This document shows, piece after piece, positions 45,252 to 56,066 of a DNA stretch of 64,000 bases. The notes beneath the pieces are model-generated. The model was not told where the DNA came from. It saw nothing but the letters and a program-made list of their open reading frames with translations, and searched no databases. The stretch comes from Candidatus Bathyarchaeota archaeon (GTDB lineage Archaea > Thermoproteota > Bathyarchaeia > Bathyarchaeales > Bathycorpusculaceae). Numbering within the stretch: position 1 is the stretch's first letter; every line of letters begins with the position of its first letter. The stretch is from the NCBI GenBank assembly GCA_963715865.1, contig OY970280.1:992001-1056000 (forward strand), given 5' to 3'. The position numbers and the translations under genes are program-made.

Positions 45252-47507
45252 TTAAGAAGCTGGTATTTCTCTTGTGTTGTACTGTTTGAGATATGCTAAG
45301 TGTGCGGCGTCATAGGGGTAACTTTCATTCGCTGGGTATGGGAATCCGCTCATAGCCATGAAAGGCATCGGGTCAACGGTGTAAGTGAATCCGTAACCCC
45401 ATTGTCCTGGTGGGTCTTTAAACCAGCAGGCTATGAATAGGAAGTAGTCTCTTTCCATGCCTGGTGCAGGTGCTGTTAGGTTGGCGGTTGGGAATTCGAG
45501 AGTGACTAGGTCACCTTGTCTTCCAATTACGTACATATCGTCTGCGTTTTGAACTAGCGCTGTAACATCACCATATCTTGTAAAGTTTCCAGACGAAGTA
45601 GAGTTGGTAACACAGAATTGGCTGAGAGTTGCAGTAGGACTGATTTTTTGCACTGTTATGTTTTCTTGAGTACTTGTGTCTATTCCGACGTAGTCATAGG
45701 TCACGTTCCAGAAGTTGGTTATTCTTATTTGGTAATCACTTATGCCCTTGGGGAATAGTCCTGTTAATTCTACGACAAAAGTTCTAGGGTTGGAGTCTGA
45801 AGGTATCGGTATCTGCCTGTCTTGTGGAGCGCGCACCCAACTGCCGTTTGCGGCTTTTATTTCCATGTACGGAGCCGGTGTAATCGGTGTGCCATCTGGT
45901 ACAAGTCCTTGGGCGGCTGCAGCCTTGAACTGGTCTATCCAATTGTTATAGGATTGGTATGGTCCCCAATCAACAATTCCAGTAATTACAAGTTTTATCT
46001 GTTGAGCCGAAGATAGATTACCAAGGTCAAGTGTTAACTGGTTTAGCGTTATATTGTTCCATGATGGGCTTTGATTTCCATTGCTGCCAGGCGTATAAAC
46101 GCCGTCCTGTTTTAAGATGTCTGGAAGGACGTTTTGTCCTTTTTCGTTGGTTGCTGCGATAGGTGACAAGATGTTAGTTGTGTTTACAGTGTAAATCTGT
46201 TCTGTCGAACCTTTGTTAAGATAATTAGTCATGGTTGTATAAGCATCTGTGCCTACTGGATGGTCAACAACCACCAAAGAAGCTGCGTCTAAGTAGAACA
46301 GTTCATCCCATTGCTGTGAAAGAGCCATCTCGTAGTAGCTGTTACCATTGATGGTTTGTGTTGCTAGCAGGTTTTTGTCAAGTTTTACGTAATCCCACGG
46401 GTTTCCTCCACTAAAGATGATATTGCCATTTTGGTTTATGGAGCCTATGTATCCTAGCCAGCCAGAGTTTGCTACATCAGTGACATAAGAGTACCCTGTG
46501 CCGTTCCAGATGAAGAGTGATGGGCATGATGCGTATCCGCTGATTACGTAATAGGTTGCAACTAATATTGTCCATTTATCTAATGTAAAGGTTCTTGTCG
46601 GATTAGTATTTCCATCGCTCCAATAGGAAAATCCTACGACGCCAGTTCCAACATCATAAGGGCTTGGTACAGATATAGTATGTTCTCCTGCTGGCAATAG
46701 CGCAGTATATGGAGTGCCATAATCTTGCCCGTCTAATGTGAAGGGTAACGGTTTCGGACCACCACCTGACCTGTTAACCATAAGCGTATGGTACCCAGTC
46801 TCTACAACTGTGAATAACCCCGGAAGACTGTTTACTGTGACGTTATATCGTCCTTCTGTTGCGCCTGCAGTAACATTGAATTCGACGGTTTGGGTTATTC
46901 CAGCATCCAATTGAATAACTTCAGTTTGGACCACTGCACCATCAACTGCTACTTTAACTGTAAGATTATCAGCTTCTGTGGTGGGATTTTGCGCAGTTGC
47001 AGTTAAAGTAACTGTTTGATTTGCCCAAACCTCCCATGGATCAACTCTCAAGTTGGACAACACTATTTTACTTGATTCTGGCGGAGCAGGGTTAATGATA
47101 AAGTTTCCAGTCAAATCGCCAACTTTAACACTATAATTGCCAGGTGAAGTTTCGATGTCTGTAAACTGGACGATTTGAGACGAGCCTGCTACAAGTGACA
47201 CGTTCTCTGTGTTCTTTACGGCATTATTGATTTCAAAATTTACCGTTTCGTTACCTTGTAAATCGCCAATATTTGTTACGTTAACTGAAATTTGTACGGC
47301 GTTACCAGCGGTTGTTTCACCTGGGCTGATGATTAAGTTTTTTAGAGTAAACTCAGCTGGCCTAGTTGCACCTGCTATCATGCCTTCGTTTTGAAGATAA
47401 AAGTAGACTCCTGCGGCTGCACCTACTATAATAAGGTCAATAACGAGAATAGCTTTCAGTTTAACTATGGCTGAGTGAGATAGCATTCTCATAGCACCTT
47501 TAACCAT
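45252..47507 (-). CDS. Large membrane-anchored extracellular protein with CARDB/Ig-like repeats
   Basis: N-terminal TM helix; VTNIGD CARDB-like repeats; SCPSLFIWNG...YNTR C-terminal domain. Confidence 0.75.
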   Translation of the reverse strand: MVKGAMRMLSHSAIVKLKAILVIDLIIVGAAAGVYFYLQNEGMIAGATRPAEFTLKNLIISPGETTAGNAVQISVNVTNIGDLQGNETVNFEINNAVKNTENVSLVAGSSQIVQFTDIETSPGNYSVKVGDLTGNFIINPAPPESSKIVLSNLRVDPWEVWANQTVTLTATAQNPTTEADNLTVKVAVDGAVVQTEVIQLDAGITQTVEFNVTAGATEGRYNVTVNSLPGLFTVVETGYHTLMVNRSGGGPKPLPFTLDGQDYGTPYTALLPAGEHTISVPSPYDVGTGVVGFSYWSDGNTNPTRTFTLDKWTILVATYYVISGYASCPSLFIWNGTGYSYVTDVANSGWLGYIGSINQNGNIIFSGGNPWDYVKLDKNLLATQTINGNSYYEMALSQQWDELFYLDAASLVVVDHPVGTDAYTTMTNYLNKGSTEQIYTVNTTNILSPIAATNEKGQNVLPDILKQDGVYTPGSNGNQSPSWNNITLNQLTLDLGNLSSAQQIKLVITGIVDWGPYQSYNNWIDQFKAAAAQGLVPDGTPITPAPYMEIKAANGSWVRAPQDRQIPIPSDSNPRTFVVELTGLFPKGISDYQIRITNFWNVTYDYVGIDTSTQENITVQKISPTATLSQFCVTNSTSSGNFTRYGDVTALVQNADDMYVIGRQGDLVTLEFPTANLTAPAPGMERDYFLFIACWFKDPPGQWGYGFTYTVDPMPFMAMSGFPYPANESYPYDAAHLAYLKQYNTREIPAS

Positions 47508-47703
47508 TTACATAAGCTAGTATATAATGATAAGCATTAAAGTGTCTATGCGCTAATTAACTTCAACTTTGCTATCTCTACTCCAGTGGTTTCAAAAATT
47601 CCAAGCGTTATGTTGTTGTTGCACTACAGTCACATAGTTAAATATATCAAATTCACTTCTTCAAAGAAGTAAGCATTCTAAATTTTTAGGGAGATAACAA
47701 AAA

Positions 47704-48465
47704 TTGTTAAAATCTAATAAAACCTTCCAAGTTTTTGCTTTGATTCTACTAGCGTCAGCACTCTTACTAGCGGCTACAAATCCAGGTATCCAAAGCGTGA
47801 AAGCACAAGGACAAGACACTGTAGTCATCTATGCCTCAGTAGGCGGAACAACAAATCCAACCGAAGGAACCTACAATTATACTGACGGCACGGCTGTTAC
47901 AATCACAGCGAACCCGGGCATTGGCTTTGAATTCGTGAATTGGGCGGTTGCCAGCGCTGCAGGAGCCAACACTTTCGCCGATAACCCACTCGTAATCACC
48001 GTTTCCGAGAGCGCCTACGCTGTACAGGCAATGTTCCAGCCAATAAATTATATTTCACCAGCCACTTCAAGTACATCTAATAACGCCATCGTCGTGGTCT
48101 TGGCTGCAGTGGGAGGAACAACAACCCCTGCACCAGGAACATATGCTTTGGCTAATGCGGCCAATCTTAACTTAACGGCAACCCCAGACAGCGGCTGGGT
48201 ATTTCACAACTGGATCATTGGAGGCTCTCCACTTACTCACGGTGCATACTCATTCACAGATACTCCCACAGATAACCCGTACAATGTGAATCACGGTTAC
48301 GGAAACACCTACACTTACCAACCAGTATTCAGTCCCATCAGCACTACTACTTCACCGACGCCTACAGTAAGTGAGTTTTCAACTGAAGCTACAATCATCA
48401 TAGCTGTCGTATTAGTCACAGTACTGATCGCTTTCGGAACATACGCATACAGCAAAAGAAAGTAA
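47704..48465 (+). CDS. Secreted surface protein with two InlB-B-like repeats and C-terminal anchor
   Basis: GGTT.P..GTY...TA.P..G..F..W repeats; VSEF before the TM helix; basic tail. Confidence 0.7.
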   Translation: MLKSNKTFQVFALILLASALLLAATNPGIQSVKAQGQDTVVIYASVGGTTNPTEGTYNYTDGTAVTITANPGIGFEFVNWAVASAAGANTFADNPLVITVSESAYAVQAMFQPINYISPATSSTSNNAIVVVLAAVGGTTTPAPGTYALANAANLNLTATPDSGWVFHNWIIGGSPLTHGAYSFTDTPTDNPYNVNHGYGNTYTYQPVFSPISTTTSPTPTVSEFSTEATIIIAVVLVTVLIAFGTYAYSKRK

Positions 48466-48555
48466 ATTTGCCCCTTCCTTTTTTGTTTTTTTAAAACACT
48501 CGAAATCAATTTGTCAAGTTAAATTTTTAATTGAAAAAACGGTTTTTAGGGAATT

Positions 48556-49890
48556 TTATTCGCATTCTGGTTCCATGTGCACAGTGACAACTGCGTTTGC
48601 AAAACGCTCCTTAGTTTCTTTTTCAACCTGTGAAGCGATTTTGTGTGCCTCCTTTATTTGAACCTGCTTGGTGATGCAGCAGTCTATGTTAATGTAACGT
48701 TTCCCTGCGGAAGCGTATGTTACTATCCGTTTAATGCGCAGATTACCAGCGATGCTTTTGGCAACTTCGTAAACGACTTTTCTAAGTTGAGCCTCATTTA
48801 CTTCGGCGGCTGGAACCGCCACGCCTGAAGGTTCAACGTGCACGGTGACGTTTTCAAGCGGCTTTATTTCTGCATGTATTCTTCGCTCAATAGCTTCAGC
48901 AATGTTATGCGCTTCTTCAACTGACAATTCAGGGTTCACGTACGCGTGCAAGGTAATATAGAGTTTACCGCCAATGTAGATGGTTGAGATTTCATGCACT
49001 TCTTTCACGCCCTCAACCGTCGCTAGTTTCTCAACTAGCTGTTCCATTTTAGTCTCTTTTTCAGATGGCTCAATATGAATTGTGGCGTCAACATTGCCAA
49101 GGGCTACTTTCAAGTCAGCCTCTATTTTTGAGGCTAAAGAATGCGCTTCTTCCAAGCTCATGATACTTGAAACTTGTACGGATGCGTCAATGAAGATTTT
49201 AGAGCTTACTTTGCGGACTTTGAGGTTTTCGGTTTTCACTACGCCCTCATTTGAAAGAATTACTTTTCTTGTTTTTTGAACAAGCTCCTTTGATGCTGTG
49301 TCGCTTAGTTCCATAACACTGAATTTCACAAGTTTAAAGCTCAAATAACTAAGCATAATTCCAAGGAAGATTGATGCTACGGCATCTCCGTAAAAAAAGC
49401 CTAAGGTAGCTAAGCCAAACCCCAGCAGAGCTATCAAAGTTGAGCTTAAATCTGAAATAGCATCGTAAAGACCAACCTTCATAGAGGGACTTTCAATGTG
49501 CTGAGTTTTCCTGAAAACCGTAACTCTTAAAGAAGCAATAAAAAGAGCGTAGCCGATGGCGATGAAACCTGCAAACTCTACGCTTGCAACAATCTTGGGC
49601 ATGTTCTCTATCAATCTTAGTGCGGCTTCGTAAAAAATCAAGAATGCCACGGCAATTAAGACTATGCCACCGATAAGTCCGCCTATAGTTTCAAACTTCT
49701 CATGCCCGTAAGTATGTTCTTCGTCTGGAGGCTTGATTGAAGCGCGAACCGCAAAAAATAACATAATAGTTGATACGGCATCAAGTAATGCGTGCAAGCC
49801 GTCGCTGAGTATAGCTAAACTGTTAACAATTAAGCCTACCGAAACCTCAACTATTACAACACTAAAGATTGCAATAGCCGAAATTTTCAA
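48556..49890 (-). CDS. Cation diffusion facilitator with three C-terminal dimerisation domains
   Basis: DGLHALLD; KPPDEEHTYGH; three EAH...HxEP repeats. Confidence 0.9.
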   Translation of the reverse strand: MKISAIAIFSVVIVEVSVGLIVNSLAILSDGLHALLDAVSTIMLFFAVRASIKPPDEEHTYGHEKFETIGGLIGGIVLIAVAFLIFYEAALRLIENMPKIVASVEFAGFIAIGYALFIASLRVTVFRKTQHIESPSMKVGLYDAISDLSSTLIALLGFGLATLGFFYGDAVASIFLGIMLSYLSFKLVKFSVMELSDTASKELVQKTRKVILSNEGVVKTENLKVRKVSSKIFIDASVQVSSIMSLEEAHSLASKIEADLKVALGNVDATIHIEPSEKETKMEQLVEKLATVEGVKEVHEISTIYIGGKLYITLHAYVNPELSVEEAHNIAEAIERRIHAEIKPLENVTVHVEPSGVAVPAAEVNEAQLRKVVYEVAKSIAGNLRIKRIVTYASAGKRYINIDCCITKQVQIKEAHKIASQVEKETKERFANAVVTVHMEPECE

Positions 49891-50157
49891 TGCTTTAAGT
49901 TTGTAGTTTCCTTCAGCGAGAGCCTTGCATTTTGCTTAATCCAAATATGCTCGTTGCAAGGGCGATTTAAGAATTGCGGGAGAAAATAAACCAATCATTT
50001 TTGAAATCAAGCGTTCCTCATGGTCACTGTAAGTAAAAAGTTTAAGCGAAGGGTTGCTTAGTCAAGAAACTTCGACTAAAAAGTAGCTGGTTAGTCAAGA
50101 AATCTTGACAAAAAGGCTTATATCAAAAAATAGCCTTAGCGAAATAAGAGTGGAACT

Positions 50158-51267
50158 ATGAGCAAAAGTCTCTGCTTGGTGCTTGTTCTCGTCTTCCTTA
50201 TGGGGTCCTGCTTATTCATTGCTAAGCCTTCTTTTGGCGCCAGTGTGACTGAGAATTCTTGGGTTTCGAAGGCACTGATGCCAACGGCAAGAGGATATTT
50301 AGGAGTAGCTGAAGTTAACGGGAAGATATATGCTATCGGAGGAAGTGGACCCATTGGGGCAAACGAAGAATACGATCCTGAAACAGATACTTGGACTACA
50401 AAAGCACCTATGCCCATACCTGAACAAAGTTTTGCTATAGCTGCCTACCAAAATAAGATTTACTGTATAGGCGGAATACCCACAGGCAGCACCGGAGTGA
50501 GCCAAGTCTATGATCCAGCAACTGATTCTTGGGAAACCAAAGCACCCATGCCCACAGGCAGGTACGGCTTGCAAGCTAACGTTGTAGACGGCAAAATCTA
50601 CTTAATAGGAGGAGTGAATCCGAATCTTGGTTACAATAAAGGTGTCGAGCCATTAAACGTAACCGAAGTTTACGACCCATCAAGTAACACATGGTCCACA
50701 AAAGCGCCGATGCCGAACACAAATGGCTATGTTTCAGCAGTAATAAATAATAAAATATACATTATCGGATCAGGGCTCAATCAAATTTACAACCCTAAAA
50801 CAAATACGTGGAGTGAAGGCGCGCCCACACCTGTAAACATCAGCGCTGGTGGGGCAAATGGTGTTGCAGCTGCGGCAGCTGCGACAACTGGAGTTATGGC
50901 GCCCAAGCGGATTTACGTGTACGACGGGTTTTATCTTCAAGTTTACAATCCCCAGAATAACAGTTGGACACTTGGCGCTGATCCACCTGTCAACCGCCAA
51001 TACCTAGCTATTGCCGTTGTAAATGACATGCTGTACTTTATCGGTGGTTTTACTGACCATCTCGACAATATCCCTGGCTATTTTGGTGATTATTCGACGA
51101 ACGAACAGTATACGCCTTTCGGATATGGAACTATTCCGCCAGAATCCCAGCAAGAGCCTTTCCCAACTGCATTTGCCGCAGCTTCAGGAGCAGCCATCAT
51201 CTTGGTTGGCGCAGGTACAATACTCTACCTTAAAAAGTACCGTCATAAAGCAGTTTCGAGCGAGTGA
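50158..51267 (+). CDS. Secreted Kelch-repeat protein with C-terminal anchor
   Basis: Repeated GKIY.IGG...YDP.TDTW..KAPMP; EPFPT plus TM helix. Confidence 0.92.
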   Translation: MSKSLCLVLVLVFLMGSCLFIAKPSFGASVTENSWVSKALMPTARGYLGVAEVNGKIYAIGGSGPIGANEEYDPETDTWTTKAPMPIPEQSFAIAAYQNKIYCIGGIPTGSTGVSQVYDPATDSWETKAPMPTGRYGLQANVVDGKIYLIGGVNPNLGYNKGVEPLNVTEVYDPSSNTWSTKAPMPNTNGYVSAVINNKIYIIGSGLNQIYNPKTNTWSEGAPTPVNISAGGANGVAAAAAATTGVMAPKRIYVYDGFYLQVYNPQNNSWTLGADPPVNRQYLAIAVVNDMLYFIGGFTDHLDNIPGYFGDYSTNEQYTPFGYGTIPPESQQEPFPTAFAAASGAAIILVGAGTILYLKKYRHKAVSSE

Positions 51268-51785
51268 AGCTGTTCAAAAGTTATCGCTCTTAATTTAAAT
51301 ATGTTTGAGCCGATTGCATTAGCATAATGAAGTTGTCAGCGCTTTTCCGCGGAGACGCGGCGGCTGCAATACCTCTTTCTGTTTTTGTATTTTGGAGGGT
51401 TTACGAGCCTATCATCAAAGAAACGTAAAGGATTTTTAACGCTAAATTGCTGAGTTTAGAGAGAAACGGCATTTAACATTAATGTTTTATCGTTTGTTTT
51501 GGAAACCCATCCTTTGGTATGATATTTTCATATATGATTATTGCTCGAGAACGGTTCCATGCCTTTTGAAATGTTCCTTGTAAACATCAACTGTGTTCTG
51601 GGCACTTTCTCTTTCATCGTATAATTTGCCTGCCCGAACCTAAGCTTACCCACAAGTATTCGAACAAACTAAGACTCCTAGCTCTTTTTAAAGTAAAAAT
51701 CGTTTAATCAAGCATATCTAAAGTTAAAAGCTTAAAATCGATAGGCATTTAGGTTTGAAAATAAGTATTAAATGGAAATGGTTGA

Positions 51786-53075
51786 ATGCTGATGACTTTG
51801 GTAAAAATAGGCGAAGTATTAGAAGGACGCTATCCAGACCAGAAAGTAACTCTACGCGGCTGGGTTTACCGTAAACGTGAAGGAAAAGAGCTAATCTTTC
51901 TATTAATCCGCGATTCAACAGGAGTAATCCAGTGTACTGTTAAAAAAACTAGCCCTTGCTGGAACGAGGCACAGAAATTAACAATTGAATCTGCACTCTC
52001 GCTTGAAGGCGCCGCTAAACAAGACAAGCGCGCCCCTGGCGGATATGAAATCAGCGCAGAAAACATAACGATTATCGGTTTGGCAGAAACCTTCCCTATA
52101 TCGAAAGATAAAAGCGAAGAATTCATCCGCGACATGCGTCACCTTTGGCTCCGCAGCAGAAAAATGAACTTAATCATGAAGGTTCGAGCTGATGTGTTAG
52201 AAGCAGCACGCCAATACTTTAAAAGCCAAGAATTCACTGAGGTTTCACCTCCAATGTTTATTTCCGCCGCAGTTGAAGGTGGCTCAACACTTTTCGGCTT
52301 GAAATATTTTGATCAAGACCTTTACCTAACGCAGAGTTCTCAGCTTTACCTTGAAATTCTAATCTACTCTTTAGAAAATGTCTATTGCATCGCGCCGTCG
52401 TTTCGAGCTGAAAAAAGCAGAACAATCAGGCATTTGACTGAGTATTGGCACATCGAAGGCGAATGGCCCTTCGCTGACATGAATGGTTTGATGAAGTTTG
52501 AAGAAGGCTTAATGGCGCATGTTTGCCAAAGCATCGGCGATAAATGCCAAAAGGAATTTGCAGAGTTAGGCGCGGACATAAATAAGCTGAAAGCGGTGAA
52601 AACTCCGTTTCCACGCATAACTTACGCTGAAGCAATCAATAGGCTTAAAGTGAAAAATCCAGCGTTAACCTGGGGCACTGATTTAGGTTACGAGGACGAG
52701 AAGGTTTTAGCTGAAGATTTCGGCAAACCATTCTTCGTTTACGATTACCCAACGGCGATTAAGGCGTTTTACTGCAAAACGTACAGTGACCACCCTGAAG
52801 TCGCAATGTCAGTGGACATGATGGTACCAAGAATAGGCGAAATCAGCACAGGCGGCGCAAGAGAAGAAGACAAGGACGTACTTATTCAACGTATGAAAGA
52901 GCAGGGCTTAAAACCTGAAGATTACGAATGGTACCTTGACCTGCGACGTTACGGCACGGTGCCTCATGTTGGTTTTGGCATGGGACTAGAACGCCTTTTG
53001 ACGTGGATGCTTGACTTAGATAACATAATAGATGCCATTCCGTTCCCCAGAACCACCAGAAGGTTCTACCCCTAG
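51786..53075 (+). CDS. asnS: Asparagine--tRNA ligase
   Basis: OB anticodon domain; LTQSSQLYLE; FRAEKSRT.RHLTEYW; GFGMGLER. Confidence 0.9.
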   Translation: MLMTLVKIGEVLEGRYPDQKVTLRGWVYRKREGKELIFLLIRDSTGVIQCTVKKTSPCWNEAQKLTIESALSLEGAAKQDKRAPGGYEISAENITIIGLAETFPISKDKSEEFIRDMRHLWLRSRKMNLIMKVRADVLEAARQYFKSQEFTEVSPPMFISAAVEGGSTLFGLKYFDQDLYLTQSSQLYLEILIYSLENVYCIAPSFRAEKSRTIRHLTEYWHIEGEWPFADMNGLMKFEEGLMAHVCQSIGDKCQKEFAELGADINKLKAVKTPFPRITYAEAINRLKVKNPALTWGTDLGYEDEKVLAEDFGKPFFVYDYPTAIKAFYCKTYSDHPEVAMSVDMMVPRIGEISTGGAREEDKDVLIQRMKEQGLKPEDYEWYLDLRRYGTVPHVGFGMGLERLLTWMLDLDNIIDAIPFPRTTRRFYP

Positions 53076-53113
53076 CAAGGAGAATTGAGAAAAGGGCAAT
53101 TTTCGCCCTTTAT

Positions 53114-53653
53114 TCAAAGTCCCTTCCAACTCATAAGGGGTGGCTCAACGTTCATTTGCCAAAGCAGCGCAATCAGCTCGCCCCTATGATGGATCTCCTC
53201 CTCAAAAACGTGAACTAAAACGTCTTCCGCTGTGACAGACACGGTTTTTTTGTCATCGTCTTTAGCGGTGTAGGTTTTCTGGAGCTCTTCTTGTGTCAAT
53301 GATTTGAGGTATTTTTTCATGCGATTTTCAACATGCTCCATGTAGACACGCACTTCCTCGTATGTTTTGTACGCGTCGAATTCTCTGCGTGAATACAGGT
53401 TTTGCTGCTGCAGAAAATCCAGCCAAAAATCGATAGATCCCATCGTGTGGAGAAAAATGTTTCTTATAGAGTGGAAGCTCGCTTCCCTGTTCTTTGTGAA
53501 CTCGCCCCAGGGCAGGTTGCTTAAGGCGTCGAAGTATCGATGTCTCACCTGCATGTTGTATTCCAAGAGCTCTTTGACACCAACCATTGAATGACACCGA
53601 AAACCGTTATCAGCATAGGTAAGTATTAACACTTGCCAATTCCGCTGATGCAT
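53114..53653 (-). CDS. DinB family protein
   Basis: SIRNIFLH ... HVFEEEIHHRGE. Confidence 0.88.
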   Translation of the reverse strand: MHQRNWQVLILTYADNGFRCHSMVGVKELLEYNMQVRHRYFDALSNLPWGEFTKNREASFHSIRNIFLHTMGSIDFWLDFLQQQNLYSRREFDAYKTYEEVRVYMEHVENRMKKYLKSLTQEELQKTYTAKDDDKKTVSVTAEDVLVHVFEEEIHHRGELIALLWQMNVEPPLMSWKGL

Positions 53654-53697
53654 CGTTTCGCAGGCTACAAGTTAAGAAAAAAGGCGATTTGCGCCTT

Positions 53698-54399
53698 CTA
53701 CGCGTGCCCCACAAAGTATTCCAGCTTCAACTGCGTCCCTGGCAGACCCAAAGCGGCGACCACTTTCTGCATTGCAGTCACCATTCTAGGGGGGCCACAG
53801 GCGTAGAAAATGCGGTCTTTGAAGTCTGGAACTTCCTGCTTTATCAGGTCTACGGTGACGAAGCCAACTTTGCCGGTCCAGCCCGGGCTGGGTTCGTTGA
53901 GGATGTAAATCACTTTTAGATGCGAGTTTTTCTTCTGCATGTCCTCCAACTCTTGCTTAAAGGCAATTTCTTGCTCGCTGCGGCAACCATAGAAAAGCGT
54001 AATTTTCGAGTCTAAGCGTTTGTCTGTGGCGTATTTGCATATGCTCATGAACGGGGTTATGCCTATGCCTCCAGCAAGCAGTGCGATTTTGGGGTATTCG
54101 CCTTCGAAAGTGAATTGTCCATATGGCGCGTCTATTCTTGCCCAGTCGCCTACTTTGGCGGCCTTTAGAGCCATCGAGTATTCGTGGTCTGTGAATTTTT
54201 TAGTGAATTCGAAGAAGTCTTTTTCCGTTGGGCTGCTGCTAAAACTAAAAGGTTTAGTTAACTCTTTGCCGCCTTGTTTTATGGTTATGAAAAAGTATTG
54301 TCCTGGCTTGTAAGTTAATTCTGGAGGTCGGGGAAACCCGTAGCTGGCTACGTCAACTGTTCTTGGGATTATTTCTTTGATTTTGGTTTCAAACTTCAT
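53698..54399 (-). CDS. FAD/NAD(P)-binding oxidoreductase (FNR-like)
   Basis: KPFSFSS; AGGIGITP; YACGPP. Confidence 0.9.
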   Translation of the reverse strand: MKFETKIKEIIPRTVDVASYGFPRPPELTYKPGQYFFITIKQGGKELTKPFSFSSSPTEKDFFEFTKKFTDHEYSMALKAAKVGDWARIDAPYGQFTFEGEYPKIALLAGGIGITPFMSICKYATDKRLDSKITLFYGCRSEQEIAFKQELEDMQKKNSHLKVIYILNEPSPGWTGKVGFVTVDLIKQEVPDFKDRIFYACGPPRMVTAMQKVVAALGLPGTQLKLEYFVGHA

Positions 54400-54461
54400 G
54401 AAAAAGCCTCTCTTCGAAGCGATTTTAATAATTCTTTAATTGCTCCATTAAACTTTTGCGG

Positions 54462-55892
54462 CTACGTTACGCTGCTAGTGCCTTCTATGATGTCGCTTAT
54501 TCGGGTTAGATTGCTTGCAACAACATTCCTCCGGTAAGAACTCTGCAGTGTCTTTCCAACTTGCCTCAGCAGATACGATGGTCGGCGGACATGCTCCATG
54601 AACGCTTTGTGAATCATTTGTTTTATTTCTTCACAGGGCACGGCGGTTGGGCAAATCTTGGAAACACCCACTCCAGTCTCCCAATCTTCATCCGCGTTCA
54701 AGAAGCCCTTTGATTCCATCTCGTTCCAGATGTCGTTTCCTGGGTGTGCGCCTAAAATGTTGAATTGTGGGAGGTCAATGGGTAGGCGTTTGGCAAAGTT
54801 TATGGTGTTTTGGATTTCCTGCCTCGTCTCGTCCGGGGCGCCAACGATGAAGGAGCCTACAATCACGTCTACGCCTGCTTTACGGGCGGTTTTCACAGCG
54901 GTTTCTGTTTGCTGCGGCGTGATTGTTTTGTTAAAGTAATCAAGTATTCTTTGGTTAGCGTTTTCTATGCCGAAATACAGGATTTTGAGGCCCGCTTTCA
55001 CCATTGCTTTTAGCAGTTCACTTGAGCAGTTGTCTACTCTTCCTTCGCATATCCATTGGAAATCCATTTTTTCTTTTATCATGCCTTTGCAGAGTTCTAT
55101 TGTTCTTTTAGGGTTCAATGTGAAGTTGTCATCAACAAAAATTAACTGTTTGTAGCCTTCGCTTACGAGCAGTTCCAGTTCTTCAAGAGTGTTTTGGGCT
55201 GACCGAGCCCTCCAAACGTTATGGGCGAATTCTGTACAACTACAAAAGCGACACGAGTAAACGCAGCCTCGGCTGGAAACTATGCTTGTGAACTTTTTAG
55301 GCGCTACGTTTGCTCCCGCTATCATGCAGTGATAATCAACATTGATCAGTTTGCGGTCTGGAAAAGGCAAAGCATCCAAGTTTTTGATTAAAGGCTGGTC
55401 GGGTGTGGATACTATGTCGTGGTTGTTTCTGTAGTTAATGCCAAGTACGTTGCTTAAGGGTTCATTGCGTTTTAGGCAGTCCGCTAATTGCGTGATTGTT
55501 TTTTCGCCTTCTCCCCGTACAATAACATCCACTGATGGGTATCGTTTTAGGATTCGATGTGCGTTAAAGGTAGCGTAATGGTTACCTAGAACGGTTGTGA
55601 TATTTGGGTTTCTCTCTTTCACTTTACTGCTGATTAATGCCGCCGTTTTGCCTGAGGTAGAAAGCGCTGAGAAACCTAAAACATCAGGGTTCTCCTTCAT
55701 GACCCAATCCACGGTTTCATTCACCGTTAAGCCTTGACCTGGCTGGTCTAGTACTGAAACTTCAACGCCGTTTATTTTTAGAGCCGAAGCTAAATAGAGA
55801 AGGCTTAGGGGCGGAAATGCAGCGATTGATTTGTTTTTTTCCCGTTCGTCCAGCCCCTCGTTAGGACTAGCGCTGACTAAGCAAAACTTCAT
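54462..55892 (-). CDS. B12-binding radical SAM protein
   Basis: PPLSLLYLA cobalamin domain; SRGCVYSCRFC. Confidence 0.93.
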   Translation of the reverse strand: MKFCLVSASPNEGLDEREKNKSIAAFPPLSLLYLASALKINGVEVSVLDQPGQGLTVNETVDWVMKENPDVLGFSALSTSGKTAALISSKVKERNPNITTVLGNHYATFNAHRILKRYPSVDVIVRGEGEKTITQLADCLKRNEPLSNVLGINYRNNHDIVSTPDQPLIKNLDALPFPDRKLINVDYHCMIAGANVAPKKFTSIVSSRGCVYSCRFCSCTEFAHNVWRARSAQNTLEELELLVSEGYKQLIFVDDNFTLNPKRTIELCKGMIKEKMDFQWICEGRVDNCSSELLKAMVKAGLKILYFGIENANQRILDYFNKTITPQQTETAVKTARKAGVDVIVGSFIVGAPDETRQEIQNTINFAKRLPIDLPQFNILGAHPGNDIWNEMESKGFLNADEDWETGVGVSKICPTAVPCEEIKQMIHKAFMEHVRRPSYLLRQVGKTLQSSYRRNVVASNLTRISDIIEGTSSVT

Positions 55893-56066
55893 GTTGACAC
55901 GCTTGTATACTTATTTTGGTGATAAGTAAGACAACTTAAAGTTTTAGGTAAATTCCTTTTTACAAAATTGTTAGCTTATCTGCTTGCAGTTTTCTTATAA
56001 GCCAGTTTAATCAATCTAAACAAGGTTGTGAGAAAAGAGTATAACTAAAGCACTTAAAGAGAAAGG

